Positions 8,092 to 17,501 are shown, counted from the first letter of the stretch. The stretch is DNA of 64,000 bases from Gemmatimonadales bacterium (GCA_035601235.1 DATNOR010000007.1:20959-84958); one strand, 5' to 3'. Program-made: numbers and translations. The notes: a model not told the origin generated them from the letters alone.

Positions 8092-8444
8092 ATGCCCGTC
8101 GGCAGCACGGGACGGACTTCCACCACGCCGCCGCCCTCCAGGATGGGACAGCCCTTCGAGAGCTCCACGGCTTCGGCGAGGTCCCTGGCCTCGATCAGGG
8201 TGTAGCCCCCGATGACGTCCTTGGATTCGGCGTAAGGCCCGTCGGTGATGGTGCGCTGCTTGCCCTTGACCAGCTTGCCGGACCGCTCGAGCGGGTGACC
8301 GGGGTTCTTGATGTGGCCCTTGTCGGCGAGCTGCTTCATCCAGGCCATCCAGGTCTGCATGCTCTTTTGCAGCTGCTCCGGCGATCCCATCGCGGCGCGA
8401 CTGGCCTCGTTGGTGCTGCGGTACAGGTAAACGAATTCGCTCAT
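8088..8444 (-). CDS. YciI/YCII-related (DGPF) family protein
   Basis: 118-aa ORF with TDGPYAESKDVIGGYTLIEA and GGVVEVRP blocks typical of YCII-related proteins. Start/stop overlap with the sigma gene. Confidence 0.85.
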   Translation of the reverse strand: MSEFVYLYRSTNEASRAAMGSPEQLQKSMQTWMAWMKQLADKGHIKNPGHPLERSGKLVKGKQRTITDGPYAESKDVIGGYTLIEARDLAEAVELSKGCPILEGGGVVEVRPVLPTGM

Positions 8445-8601
8445 GGTGACTCCTCTCGGGGCTCGCCCCTTGTCGGTCCGGTCGTTCCAGCGGCGCTTCC
8501 GACGTTAAGACGTTTCAGGGACGCCGCCGCGGACATCGGTGGAACCCGCAACCTGGCAACAAGATACCCGGCCCGCGGCCCTGGCGAGGGCTTGACGCCC
8601 G

Positions 8602-10296
8602 ATGCACCTTACCGCGATGACGACAGCCACTCCCACCTTCCCGTTGACGGCCGGCGCCCGCGCCGATCAGGTGTTTCCCACGCTCACCCCGGCGCAGGTC
8701 GCGCGCGTCGCCGCGCACGGACGGGTACGCCGCGTCGACCAGGGTGATGTGCTGGTCGAAGCCGGCCAGCAGACGGCGCGCTTCTTCGTGGTGACCGAAG
8801 GCCTGATCGAGGTCGTCCGACCGATCGGCGCAGCCGAGGACTCGGTGGCGCTGTTTCGACCGGGGCAGTTCACCGGCGAGGTCAACGTGCTGTCCGGTCG
8901 TCGCGGGTTCGGGCGCGTCCGCGCCGCCGAGCCGGGCGAAGTAATCGAAGTCGATCGCGAGAATCTCCTCACGCTCGTGCAGACCGACAGCGAGCTGAGC
9001 GAGATTCTGATGCGTGCGTTCCTGTTGCGTCGCGTGCAGCTCATCGCGCGCGGCCTGGGAGACGTCGTGCTGGTGGGTTCGACGCACTGCGCGGGAACGC
9101 TGCGCATCAAGGAGTTCCTGACGCGCAACGGCCATCCGCATACGTACCTCGATCTGGACCGTGACGCCGGGGTCCAGGACCTGCTCGATCGCTTCCGGGT
9201 CGGCGTCGCCGACATCCCGGTGGTCATCTGCCGCTGCACCGTGGTGCTGCGCAACCCCACCAATCAGCAGATCGCCGAGTGCCTGGGCTTCAACGACGCC
9301 ATCGATCGCACCCACCTGCGCGACCTGGTCGTCGTCGGCGCGGGACCCGCCGGGCTCGCGGCGGCGGTGTACGCGGCGTCCGAGGGACTGGACGTCCTGG
9401 TGCTCGAGTCCACTGCCCCCGGCGGCCAGGCAGGTGCGAGCTCGCGCATCGAGAACTACCTCGGCTTCCCCACCGGGATCTCCGGCCAGGAGCTGGCGGC
9501 GCGTGCGTACAACCAGGCGCAAAAGTTCGGGGCCCAGCTGATGGTCGGGAACGACGCCAAGCGCCTCACCTGCGACCGCCAGCCCTACACCATCGAGCTG
9601 GACGAGGGCCCGCGTGTGCCGGCGCGGGCGGTGATCATCGCCAGCGGCGCCGAGTATCGCAGGCTGTCGATCGCCAACCTGGCGCAGTTCGAGGGCACGG
9701 GCGTGTACTACGCCGCGACGTTCATGGAAGCGCAGCTGTGCGGGGGCGACGAAGTCGTGGTCGTGGGCGGGGGCAACTCGGCGGGCCAGGCCGCGGTGTT
9801 TCTCGCGCAGACCGCCCGGCGGGTGCACATGCTGGTCCGGTCCAGCGGCCTGGCCGAGACCATGTCGCGCTACCTGATCCGTCGCATCGAGGACCATCCG
9901 GCCATCGTCCTGCACGTGCGCACCGAAATCGTCGGACTCGAGGGAGACCATCATCTCGAGCGGGTGACCTGGCGGGACAACCAGTCGGGCCGGGTGGAGA
10001 CCCTGGACATCCGGCACGTCTTCTCCATGACCGGCGCCATGCCGAGCACGGCGTGGCTCCAGGGGTGCCTCGCGCTCGATGCCCGCGGATTCATCAAGAC
10101 CGGCCCGGATCTCTCCCCGGAAGACCTGGCCGCCGCGCGCTGGCCGCTGGGCCGGGCCCCGCACCTCCTGGAAACCAGCCTGCCGGGCGTGTTCGCGGTG
10201 GGCGACGTGCGCAGCGGCAGCGTCAAGCGGGCGGCCTCCGCCGTCGGGGAGGGATCGATCGCGATCGCCGCCGTCCACCAGGTGCTCCACGAATAA
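8602..10296 (+). CDS. cyclic-nucleotide-binding domain fused to thioredoxin-reductase-like FAD/NAD(P) oxidoreductase
   Basis: 564-aa ORF. N-terminal cNMP-binding-like region (FFVVTEGLIEV...GQFTGEVNVLSG). GxGxxG motifs VVVGAGPAGLAAA and VVVVGGGNSAGQAA, and a C-terminal GVFAVGDVR. Confidence 0.85.
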   Translation: MHLTAMTTATPTFPLTAGARADQVFPTLTPAQVARVAAHGRVRRVDQGDVLVEAGQQTARFFVVTEGLIEVVRPIGAAEDSVALFRPGQFTGEVNVLSGRRGFGRVRAAEPGEVIEVDRENLLTLVQTDSELSEILMRAFLLRRVQLIARGLGDVVLVGSTHCAGTLRIKEFLTRNGHPHTYLDLDRDAGVQDLLDRFRVGVADIPVVICRCTVVLRNPTNQQIAECLGFNDAIDRTHLRDLVVVGAGPAGLAAAVYAASEGLDVLVLESTAPGGQAGASSRIENYLGFPTGISGQELAARAYNQAQKFGAQLMVGNDAKRLTCDRQPYTIELDEGPRVPARAVIIASGAEYRRLSIANLAQFEGTGVYYAATFMEAQLCGGDEVVVVGGGNSAGQAAVFLAQTARRVHMLVRSSGLAETMSRYLIRRIEDHPAIVLHVRTEIVGLEGDHHLERVTWRDNQSGRVETLDIRHVFSMTGAMPSTAWLQGCLALDARGFIKTGPDLSPEDLAAARWPLGRAPHLLETSLPGVFAVGDVRSGSVKRAASAVGEGSIAIAAVHQVLHE

Positions 10297-10308
10297 CCCG
10301 AGGCGACG

Positions 10309-10581
10309 ATGGCCGACACGACCAGCTGCGCGCACCTCGCTGCGATCACCACCGTCCGGCACGGCAAGCGCCGGGAGTGCGCCGAGTGCGTCAAGATCGG
10401 CGCGCAGTGGGTGCACCTGCGAACGTGTCAGCAGTGCGGCGCGACGCTGTGCTGTGACAGCTCTCCCAACCAGCATGCCTCCAAGCACGCACGCGCCACC
10501 AAACATCCCGTGGTCACCTCGGAGGAGCCGGGGGAGCGGTGGCTGTATTGTTATCCGGACGACACGTTCGCGGAATACTGA
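10309..10581 (+). CDS. UBP-type zinc-finger protein
   Basis: 90-aa ORF with Cys/His spacing C..H...CxxC...H..CxxC....C......H...H. GAGG lies 6 nt before the ATG, 12 nt after the TrxR-like stop. Confidence 0.8.
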   Translation: MADTTSCAHLAAITTVRHGKRRECAECVKIGAQWVHLRTCQQCGATLCCDSSPNQHASKHARATKHPVVTSEEPGERWLYCYPDDTFAEY

Positions 10582-10599
10582 GGCGGGAGGAGGATCGGC

Positions 10600-10920
10600 A
10601 TGGACGACTCCGAGGAGCGCGCGGAGCGGGCCGCGGCGGCGGCGGAGGTGACGGCCCGGTTGCGGAGCCGCGGGATCACGGTCACGGGCGGCGAGAATCC
10701 CGAAGATCTCGTGGACCTGTTGTCGGCCGTGGAGCGGTTCGAGGCGGCAGTGGAGGCGCACGGCGGGGACTTGATGGTCGACGACCTGAAGAGCTCGCGC
10801 CCCGACGACAGTCACTTCGTGATGCCCCGGCGCGTGCCACGCGAGGCGGTGCAGGCCTACATCACGCGCATCGACGCCGCGCGGGCCGGCCTGGGGCGCC
10901 ATCCCCGGCGCCCCGACTAG
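10600..10920 (+). CDS. hypothetical acidic protein
   Basis: 106-aa ORF with a strong GGGAGGAGGA about 5 nt before the ATG. Non-degenerate composition. No family recognised. Confidence 0.55.
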   Translation: MDDSEERAERAAAAAEVTARLRSRGITVTGGENPEDLVDLLSAVERFEAAVEAHGGDLMVDDLKSSRPDDSHFVMPRRVPREAVQAYITRIDAARAGLGRHPRRPD

Positions 10921-10945
10921 GGGACGATCACAACGCCCGCACCGC

Positions 10946-10974
10946 TTGACGGGCGGGGCGTCCCCGCTTATATA
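10946..10974 (+). promoter_or_regulatory. sigma-70-like promoter of the arsR operon (TTGACG-17 nt-TATATA), giving a near-leaderless mRNA
   Basis: TTGACG at 10946-10951, 17-nt spacer, TATATA at 10969-10974, ATG at 10986. The spacer also holds the hairpin GCGGGG-CGT-CCCCGC (10953-10967), followed by TTATAT. That hairpin could terminate the upstream operon. Confidence 0.45.
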
Positions 10975-10987
10975 ACCTACTAGTTAT
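10972..10987. promoter_or_regulatory. candidate ArsR operator (inverted repeat ATAAC-N6-GTTAT)
   Basis: ATAAC at 10972-10976 and GTTAT at 10983-10987 are reverse complements. The repeat overlaps the -10 box and the start codon. Confidence 0.35.
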
Positions 10988-11333
10988 GAAACACCAGCAT
11001 CTCAACGCCACGTTCGCGGCCCTGGCGGATCCCACCCGGCGCGCGATCCTCGCCCGGCTCGCGGCGGGGGAGGCGTCGGTAACCGAGCTGGCGCGACCAT
11101 TCGCCATGAGTCAACCGGCGATCTCCAAGCACTTGAAGGTGCTCGAGCGCGCGGGCCTGGTGACGCGGGGCCGCGACGCGCAGCGCCGGCCGCGCCGCCT
11201 CGAGCCGAGGCCGCTCGCCGACGTCACCCACTGGCTGGAACGCTACCGCCGGCTGTGGGAGGGGAACTACCGGCGCCTCGACGCCCTGCTCGCCGAGCTG
11301 CAAACCCAGAAGAACCGAGGAACGCACCGATGA
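10986..11333 (+). CDS. ArsR/SmtB family transcriptional regulator
   Basis: 115-aa ORF with FAALADPTRRAILARLAAGEASVTELA...SQPAISKHLKVLERAGLV, a classic ArsR wHTH. Confidence 0.9.
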   Translation: MKHQHLNATFAALADPTRRAILARLAAGEASVTELARPFAMSQPAISKHLKVLERAGLVTRGRDAQRRPRRLEPRPLADVTHWLERYRRLWEGNYRRLDALLAELQTQKNRGTHR

Positions 11334-11818
11334 GCCCCGTGCAAGTCACCGCACCCGGAGAGCGCGACATCGTGATGACGCGCGTCTTCGACGCGCCCCG
11401 TACCCTGGTGTTCGACGCCCATACCAAGCCCGAGCTGGTCCGCCGTTGGCTCTTGGGACCGCCTGGCTGGTCCATGCCCGTGTGCGAGATCGACCTGCGG
11501 GTGGGCGGCACCTATCGCTACGTGTGGCGACACGATACCAAGGGAACCGAAATGGGGATGGGTGGCGTGTATCGCGAAATCGTTGCGCCCGAGCGTATCG
11601 TCTCGACCGAGCGGTTCGATGAGGCCTGGTATCCGGGCGAGGCGGTGGGGACGCTGGTCCTGGTCGAGCGCGGCGGCAAGACGACGCTCACGGTCACGAT
11701 GCGCTACGAGTCGCGCGCGGCGCGCGACGCGGTCCTCAAGTCCGGCATGGAGAGCGGCGTGGCGGCGAGCTACGACCGTCTGGCTACCATGTTGGCGTCG
11801 ACACCTTCGTCCATATAA
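11330..11818 (+). CDS. SRPBCC (Aha1/activator-of-Hsp90-ATPase-like) domain protein
   Basis: Start taken at ATG 11330 (ATGA overlap with the arsR stop), in frame with track ORF 11255..11818. The usual ArsR partner. Contains a block ITRVFDAPR-like (IVMTRVFDAPRTLVF). Confidence 0.85.
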   Translation: MSPVQVTAPGERDIVMTRVFDAPRTLVFDAHTKPELVRRWLLGPPGWSMPVCEIDLRVGGTYRYVWRHDTKGTEMGMGGVYREIVAPERIVSTERFDEAWYPGEAVGTLVLVERGGKTTLTVTMRYESRAARDAVLKSGMESGVAASYDRLATMLASTPSSI

Positions 11819-11828
11819 AGGGGCTGCC

Positions 11829-12302
11829 ATGCAGAAGATCGTCCCGTTCCTGTGGTTCAACGGCAACGCCGAAGAGGCCATGAATTTCTACGTGGGGATC
11901 TTCAAACGTTCCCAAGTCGTGCGCGTGACGCGTTACGGCGATGCCGGGCCGGGGCCGAAGGGGTCGGTCATGTCCTGCAGCTTCCAGCTCGAGGGGCAGG
12001 ACTTCTACGCCCTGAACGGCGGCCCGCAGTACAGCTTCACGCCGGCCATCTCGCTGTTCGTGAACTGCGAGACGCAGCAGGAGGTGGACGACCTGTGGGA
12101 CAAGCTGTCCGCCGGCGGATCCAAGGACCAATGCGGCTGGCTCAAGGACAAGTTCGGGCTGTCCTGGCAGATCGTACCCACGGTGCTGGGCAAGCTGCTG
12201 GGAGACAAGGATCCCCAGAAGGCGAACCGGGTGATGCAGGCCATGCTGAAGATGAAGAAGCTCGACATCCAAGGCTTGCAGCAGGCCTACGACCGAGGCT
12301 GA
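11829..12302 (+). CDS. VOC/PhnB-like (3-demethylubiquinone methyltransferase-like domain) protein
   Basis: Start at MQKIVPFLWFNG (11829, in frame with track ORF 11562..12302). FLWFNGNAEEAMNFY and GWLKDKFGLSWQI are typical of this family. Confidence 0.85.
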   Translation: MQKIVPFLWFNGNAEEAMNFYVGIFKRSQVVRVTRYGDAGPGPKGSVMSCSFQLEGQDFYALNGGPQYSFTPAISLFVNCETQQEVDDLWDKLSAGGSKDQCGWLKDKFGLSWQIVPTVLGKLLGDKDPQKANRVMQAMLKMKKLDIQGLQQAYDRG

Positions 12303-13471
12303 CGCCGCGCCACGAATCCGCGGTAGAGGAGCAGGTCGTAGACCACTTTCAACGTGCCGGCGATGAAGAACGGCACGCTGATCAGCGTGGGCCGTGCAAA
12401 CATCCACCCCGCAAACACCGGAGCGATGGCGGCGCCAGTCGTGCGGGCCACGCCGGTGATCCCGGCCGCCGCCGAGCGCTCCTCGGGACGCACCACCGCC
12501 ATGACGTATGACTGCCGGGTCGGCACGTCCATCTGGCTGATGCTGAAGCGCGCCAACAGCACCAGGATGGCGAGCGGCAGGGTCGGCATCAGCGGTACGA
12601 GAATCAGCAGGATGTTCGAAGGCAGATGCGTGAACACCATGGTCTTGACGAGACCGAAGCGCGCCGCCAGCCGGGTAGCCAGCAACGCCGAGACCCCAGC
12701 CAACAAATTCGCCCAGAAGAAGATCACGCCGAGCGTCGCGGGGTGCACGCCGAACCGGAGATAGAACCAGTAGGCCGCGAAGCTCTGTACCACGAACCCA
12801 CCGGCAAAGGAATCGAGCGCGAACAGACCGGACAGCCGCAGTACGACGTCGCTCGAGTGGGCGATACCGAAGCGCGTGGCTATCACTCCCGGCGCAGCCA
12901 CCTCGGCGGCGGGGGAGAGACGCGTGAACAGCAACGCCAGTACCGCGCCCAACGCCGCATAGAGCAACACGACGACCCGATAGCCCGCGAGCGGCATCGA
13001 CCCGGACCCCTGCAGCGCGTGCGCGAGTGCGCCGCCACACAGCGACCCGGAGGCCGTCGCGAACGAGCCCGCGAGCGTGTACCAGGCGAACACCGTGGTT
13101 CTGACAGCGGCAGGAACGACCTGCGCGAGCGCGGCCTGCTCGATCGGCAAGAACGGCCCCACTTCGTTCCCACTGGGACTGATGACGCCGATCGTCCCCG
13201 CCACGACCAGGACCAGGAAGTTGCGCGTCCACGCGAAGGCCACGCCGGCGGCCGTCATGAGCAGCGCGCCGAGGATCAGCATGCGCCGCCGTCCCAGCCG
13301 ATCGGCCCGGGTCGTGAGGTAGAGCGAGACTACCGTGTCCCCGACCAGGGTGAGCGTGAGGAGCAAACCCGTCTGCGATGCGCTCAGCCCGAGGCTCGTC
13401 AGGTAGACGACGAGGATCACGGCCAGCGCGCCGTAGGCGAACAGGCGCAGCGACCGCGTGAGGAACAACAA
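12287..13471 (-). CDS. MFS transporter
   Basis: 394-aa ORF with about 12 hydrophobic spans and a DRLGRRRMLILG loop motif. Its 3' end overlaps the convergent VOC gene by 16 nt. Confidence 0.85.
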   Translation of the reverse strand: MLFLTRSLRLFAYGALAVILVVYLTSLGLSASQTGLLLTLTLVGDTVVSLYLTTRADRLGRRRMLILGALLMTAAGVAFAWTRNFLVLVVAGTIGVISPSGNEVGPFLPIEQAALAQVVPAAVRTTVFAWYTLAGSFATASGSLCGGALAHALQGSGSMPLAGYRVVVLLYAALGAVLALLFTRLSPAAEVAAPGVIATRFGIAHSSDVVLRLSGLFALDSFAGGFVVQSFAAYWFYLRFGVHPATLGVIFFWANLLAGVSALLATRLAARFGLVKTMVFTHLPSNILLILVPLMPTLPLAILVLLARFSISQMDVPTRQSYVMAVVRPEERSAAAGITGVARTTGAAIAPVFAGWMFARPTLISVPFFIAGTLKVVYDLLLYRGFVARRQPRS

Positions 13472-13485
13472 CCTTCCGTCGTGGC

Positions 13486-15528
13486 TCAGAGCCGGTAGCC
13501 GACCAGCGTCCCCGCCGTGGTCTTGAGGAACAGCATGCCGGCCACGTCATCCACCGCGTACACCGGCTCGCGCTCCTTGCCCAGATCGACGCGCGAGCGC
13601 GGCTGCCCACTGTCCTTGTCGATCTGCAGCAGCACGTTGCCGTTCCCCTCGGGGGCGCGCGTCAACATGAAGACCGACCCGGGCACGGTGAGCGACGCCT
13701 TGAAGCGCTTGGACGCGAGGCTCGCGGCCTGGTGCGAATACCCCGCCAGCTGGGCGCCGCCCTGCGTGTAGGCCGTTGCCATCTGCCCGGTGATGCGGCG
13801 CGCGCTCGTGTCGGTGGCGTTGCGCGACGCCTGGGCGAACGCATCGCCGTACGCCGACGCGGCCGCACCGTACAGGCCGGCGCGCACGGCGTTGATGCGA
13901 TACAGCGCGCGCAATAACCCCGGCAGCTGCGGCGCGGGATTGTAGACCTGCTGTTTCACTTGCCCGTCCCGCCCCACGACCACCAAGTTCTGCGGCGAGA
14001 TGAGGACGAGCCCCGCGGGACGCAGCTCCAGCGCCGTCGGATCCTCGCCGCCCTGCAGCTTGATCTCTCCGCCGAGCGCGCGGTAGCTGCCCGCGGCGCG
14101 ATCGACCGCGTATAGCCGGTGATCGTGGCTCGCAAACACATACAGCGTCGAGCCTTCGACGACATGATGCAGCGCATAGCCAGCGGCGTTGTAGTCGTCC
14201 GGATTCCCCCCCCACGGCCTGCCGCTTTCGATCGCGTCCTTGAACTTCTGCTCGCCCGTCGCGAGATCGATGATGTTCACCTCGGCGTTCGTTGCCGGGT
14301 CGGGCCGCGAAATGTAGAGCAGGCCCGCGGGGGTCAGCTCGGCATAGTCGAGCTGGCCCTTGATCTTCACGTCCTTCTTCAAGCGCACGGTGGCGGTGGC
14401 CACGTCCAGCACGTTCACGAAGGTGCGCGACTCGGCGTCGACGGCGAGCACGGCGGAGCCACCGGTGATGAGGGCGTCCGTGACCGTCCCCCGCATGCGC
14501 AGCGGCTTGTCGGCGATGGTCGTACCATCGTCGTAGCGGGCCACGTTCAGCCCCGTCTGCACGACACCGTTGACGATGCGCACGTTGCCCGTCGCCTGAT
14601 TGGCGGGCGGCGACTCCGGCAGGATGATGATGCCGTTGGGATGCTGCACGATGCCGTGCACCCAGCCGTCGATCGTCGCGGGCTTGGCCCAGAGGGCCTG
14701 GCCGTCGGCGAGGCGGTAGGCCATCAGGCGGTCGTCGAAGCCCACGTAGATGCGGTCGGTCTTGTCGAGCGACGGAAACAGCCGCACGTGGCGCGCCGGG
14801 TTGCCGGCGCGGGCGGTGGGCAGCGTAGCGGACCAGCGCACCGCTCCGCTGCGCGCATCGAGCGCGCGCAGGCCCATCAGCGTGTGGACCACGATCATGT
14901 CGGGCCCCGCCTGCAGCACCTCCAGCGCCGTGGCCTCGGAGGCGGCGGTCACCAGGCGCTGCATCAGGCCGCCCAGCCCCTTCTTCTGGGGCCCGGTCTG
15001 CTCGAACAGCGCCTCGTTGGCCCAGCGCTGATCGCCCGTCACGAGATCGAACAGCGCCACCACGGGAGGCCCAGCCGCGCGCCGCCCGTGGACGAGCAGC
15101 GTGCCGCTTTGCGGCAGCACGCGCCGGGTGACGATTTGAGCGAGGCTCAGGCGCCGGGAATCGAACACGACCGCCCCGGTCACGGGATCGAATACGATCA
15201 GCAGGCCGGGGCGCGCCGCCTCCATGAGCAGGGAGCCCTCGACCATGCGCACGCTGTCGGGCGGCAAGCCGCCGAGCTCGGGCTTTTCCCAGGTGACCTG
15301 GCCGCGCTCGATGTCGACTCCGGCGAGCTCGGCGTCGGTCGAGATGAGGAGCGCGCCGGCCGGCGTGACCTGCTGCCAGCGCACGTCCCCCTTCGTCTTG
15401 ATGGTCCACGCCACCGCCGCGCCGGCGGAGGCTGGCGCCGCTGTCTGTGCGTCGGCCGCGGCGTCGAGCGCGACGGACAGGGAGAGCAGCAACAGGGCGC
15501 ATCGCAGCGAAAGAGCGACCATGGTCAT
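13486..15528 (-). CDS. secreted PQQ-like/BamB-like beta-propeller repeat protein
   Basis: Track ORF 13486..15594. Start moved to MTMVALSLRCALLLLSLSVALDAAADA (Met23 at 15528; Met25 at 15522 has better GGAGG spacing). Recurrent 'lyv/ydg...l.A.D..tG...W' style repeats. Confidence 0.7.
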   Translation of the reverse strand: MTMVALSLRCALLLLSLSVALDAAADAQTAAPASAGAAVAWTIKTKGDVRWQQVTPAGALLISTDAELAGVDIERGQVTWEKPELGGLPPDSVRMVEGSLLMEAARPGLLIVFDPVTGAVVFDSRRLSLAQIVTRRVLPQSGTLLVHGRRAAGPPVVALFDLVTGDQRWANEALFEQTGPQKKGLGGLMQRLVTAASEATALEVLQAGPDMIVVHTLMGLRALDARSGAVRWSATLPTARAGNPARHVRLFPSLDKTDRIYVGFDDRLMAYRLADGQALWAKPATIDGWVHGIVQHPNGIIILPESPPANQATGNVRIVNGVVQTGLNVARYDDGTTIADKPLRMRGTVTDALITGGSAVLAVDAESRTFVNVLDVATATVRLKKDVKIKGQLDYAELTPAGLLYISRPDPATNAEVNIIDLATGEQKFKDAIESGRPWGGNPDDYNAAGYALHHVVEGSTLYVFASHDHRLYAVDRAAGSYRALGGEIKLQGGEDPTALELRPAGLVLISPQNLVVVGRDGQVKQQVYNPAPQLPGLLRALYRINAVRAGLYGAAASAYGDAFAQASRNATDTSARRITGQMATAYTQGGAQLAGYSHQAASLASKRFKASLTVPGSVFMLTRAPEGNGNVLLQIDKDSGQPRSRVDLGKEREPVYAVDDVAGMLFLKTTAGTLVGYRL

Positions 15529-15617
15529 CCTCCGGTGGCCCCCTATATCCCCCCACGGCGAGGCGGAGCGCAAGCCCGGCTGGCTATCTCCCATCGAGGG
15601 GCGACAAATTGGAGCTC

Positions 15618-17501
15618 GTGAACGTCTCTTCGCGGCAGCGCTATCGCGGCTTCGTCCAGGACTACAAGCGGCGGCGCCTCGACGACGCCGCGGAGCCGGG
15701 CGACTCCCAGCGCCCGGCTCGAGGCGAGCGACGGCCCTACGTGCGCGAGTACCTGCGCTGGCTGCGGCCGTATCGCTACGCTGCCATCGCGCTCCTGGTC
15801 CTCGCCCTGCTCACCACCGGACTCCAGATGATCGAGCCGCTGTTCATGCGGTTCATCATCGATCGGGTCCTGCTCAAAACGGGGCTCGACACCGCTTCCC
15901 GGCTGGCGCGGTTGCAGCTGGCGGGTGCGGCGTTCGTCGCCGTGGTGGTTTTGTCCAACGTGATCGACGCAGTGCGGGACTATCGCCAGCGCTTGCTCAA
16001 CGTCCGCGTGATGATGTCGCTCCGCCGGTCGCTGTTCGAGCGGCTGCTGCACCTGCCGCTCTCCAGGCTGTGGGACATGAAGACCGGCGGCATCCTGTCC
16101 CGCTTGACGGGTGACGTGGAAACGACGACCGGCCTGCTGCAGATGGCGCTCGTGTCGCCCCTCGTGTCGCTCATCCGTCTGGCCGTGGCCGTCACGGTGC
16201 TGCTGGTCCTGAACTGGCGGCTGGCGCTGACGGCGATGGCCGTCGTGCCCGGGGCGATGCTGATCAGTTTCACCGCGGCGCGGCGCATCCGACCGATCTA
16301 CCGCTCGCTGCGGCGGGACGTAGAGCACATCGACGGCCGGGTGGGTGAGACGTTCTCGGGAATTCGCATCGTGCGGGCGTTCCGGCGGGAGCTGCAGGAG
16401 CTGCTCAACTACATGCGCGGCCGCCACACCGTGCTGCGCAAGGAGCTGTTCGCGCATCGCCGCGAGCTGGTGCTGTGGACGTCCTGGGGTCTGATGCAGG
16501 CGGGTGTGAACGTCGTGATCGTGTGGTACGGCGGGTACATGAACATCACTGGCGGGGCCTCGATCGGGGACATCATGGCCTTCCAGTGGTACACGTTTCT
16601 GCTGCTGGGCCCGGTGTGGCAGATCGTCAACTCGTTCTCCGAATTGCAGCGCTCGCTCGCGGCGATGGAGCGGGTGTTCGACGTGCTGGCGATGGACGAC
16701 GACAAACCGGACCGCCCCGGTGCGCAGGACGCGCCGCGCGTGGTGCGCAATATCACCTTCGAGGACGTCGAGTTCGCCTATCGCGAGGGCCAGCCGGTAG
16801 TACGTGACTTCAGGGTGGCCGTGCCCGGTGGATACGTGGTCGCCCTGGTGGGCCGCAGCGGCGCCGGGAAGACGACGGTCACGGATCTGGTGGCGCGGTT
16901 CCACGACCCCACCAGGGGACGCATCCTGCTCAACGGCATCGACATCAGGGACTTGCGCCTGCGGACGTATCGCGACCTGCTGGCTATCGTCCAGCAAGAC
17001 GTGTTCTTGTTCGATGGCTCGGTCCGGGAGAACATCGCGTACGGCCGCCGCGACGCGACGGACGCCGAGATCGAGGACGCCGCCCGGCGCGCCAACGCTC
17101 ACGAATTCATCGTCAAGCTTCCCCACCAGTACGAGACGTCGATTGGCGAGCGGGGCGTCAAGCTGTCGGGCGGTCAGCAGCAGCGCCTGGCCATTGCGCG
17201 GGCGATTCTGGCTTCACCGCAGATCCTCATCCTCGACGAAGCGACGAGCAACCTGGACACGGAAAGCGAGCAGCTGATTCAGGCGTCCATGGCCACGCTC
17301 CTGGCCGGCCGCACCACGTTCGTGATCGCGCATCGCCTTTCAACCATCCGGCGCGCCGACATGATCCTCTTGATGGACGACGGGCGGGTCACCGAGCGCG
17401 GCACCCACGAGGAGCTGATGGCGGCCCGCGGTGCCTATCATGGGATGGTGCTGCGACAGATGGAGGTCGACGATTTACTGCGCGGTCACCCCGCCTTGTG
17501 A
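15618..17501 (+). CDS. ABC exporter, fused permease/ATPase (MsbA-like, ABCB type)
   Basis: Six-TM N-half. Walker A GRSGAGKTT, signature LSGGQQQRLAIARA, Walker B ILILDEATSNLD. No ATG lies upstream of TM1, so the start is placed at in-frame GTG 15618 (TTG 15609 also possible). The track ORF start 15447 overlaps the divergent gene. Confidence 0.85.
   Translation: MNVSSRQRYRGFVQDYKRRRLDDAAEPGDSQRPARGERRPYVREYLRWLRPYRYAAIALLVLALLTTGLQMIEPLFMRFIIDRVLLKTGLDTASRLARLQLAGAAFVAVVVLSNVIDAVRDYRQRLLNVRVMMSLRRSLFERLLHLPLSRLWDMKTGGILSRLTGDVETTTGLLQMALVSPLVSLIRLAVAVTVLLVLNWRLALTAMAVVPGAMLISFTAARRIRPIYRSLRRDVEHIDGRVGETFSGIRIVRAFRRELQELLNYMRGRHTVLRKELFAHRRELVLWTSWGLMQAGVNVVIVWYGGYMNITGGASIGDIMAFQWYTFLLLGPVWQIVNSFSELQRSLAAMERVFDVLAMDDDKPDRPGAQDAPRVVRNITFEDVEFAYREGQPVVRDFRVAVPGGYVVALVGRSGAGKTTVTDLVARFHDPTRGRILLNGIDIRDLRLRTYRDLLAIVQQDVFLFDGSVRENIAYGRRDATDAEIEDAARRANAHEFIVKLPHQYETSIGERGVKLSGGQQQRLAIARAILASPQILILDEATSNLDTESEQLIQASMATLLAGRTTFVIAHRLSTIRRADMILLMDDGRVTERGTHEELMAARGAYHGMVLRQMEVDDLLRGHPAL

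Noticed and set aside
8445-8601. ECF-type promoter (GGAAC-N16/17-CGT) upstream of the YciI-sigma operon in the divergent intergenic region.
   Set aside because: A TGGAAC is present on the minus strand, but I could not find a convincing -10 element at the right spacing. It is not reported as a feature.
8515-10902. 795-aa ORF on the minus strand, antisense to the TrxR-like, UBP zinc-finger and acidic-protein genes.
   Set aside because: The translation is Arg/Gly/Pro/His/Ala-rich with no recognisable motif. That is typical of an open antisense frame in about 70% GC DNA. The + strand genes carry clear domain signatures and SD sequences.
15618-17501. The two MsbA-like exporter genes (15618..17501 and 37452..39317) as a recent segmental duplication.
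   Set aside because: Similarity is confined to conserved ABC motifs at the protein level. Flanking genes and nucleotide sequences differ, so these are ordinary paralogues.
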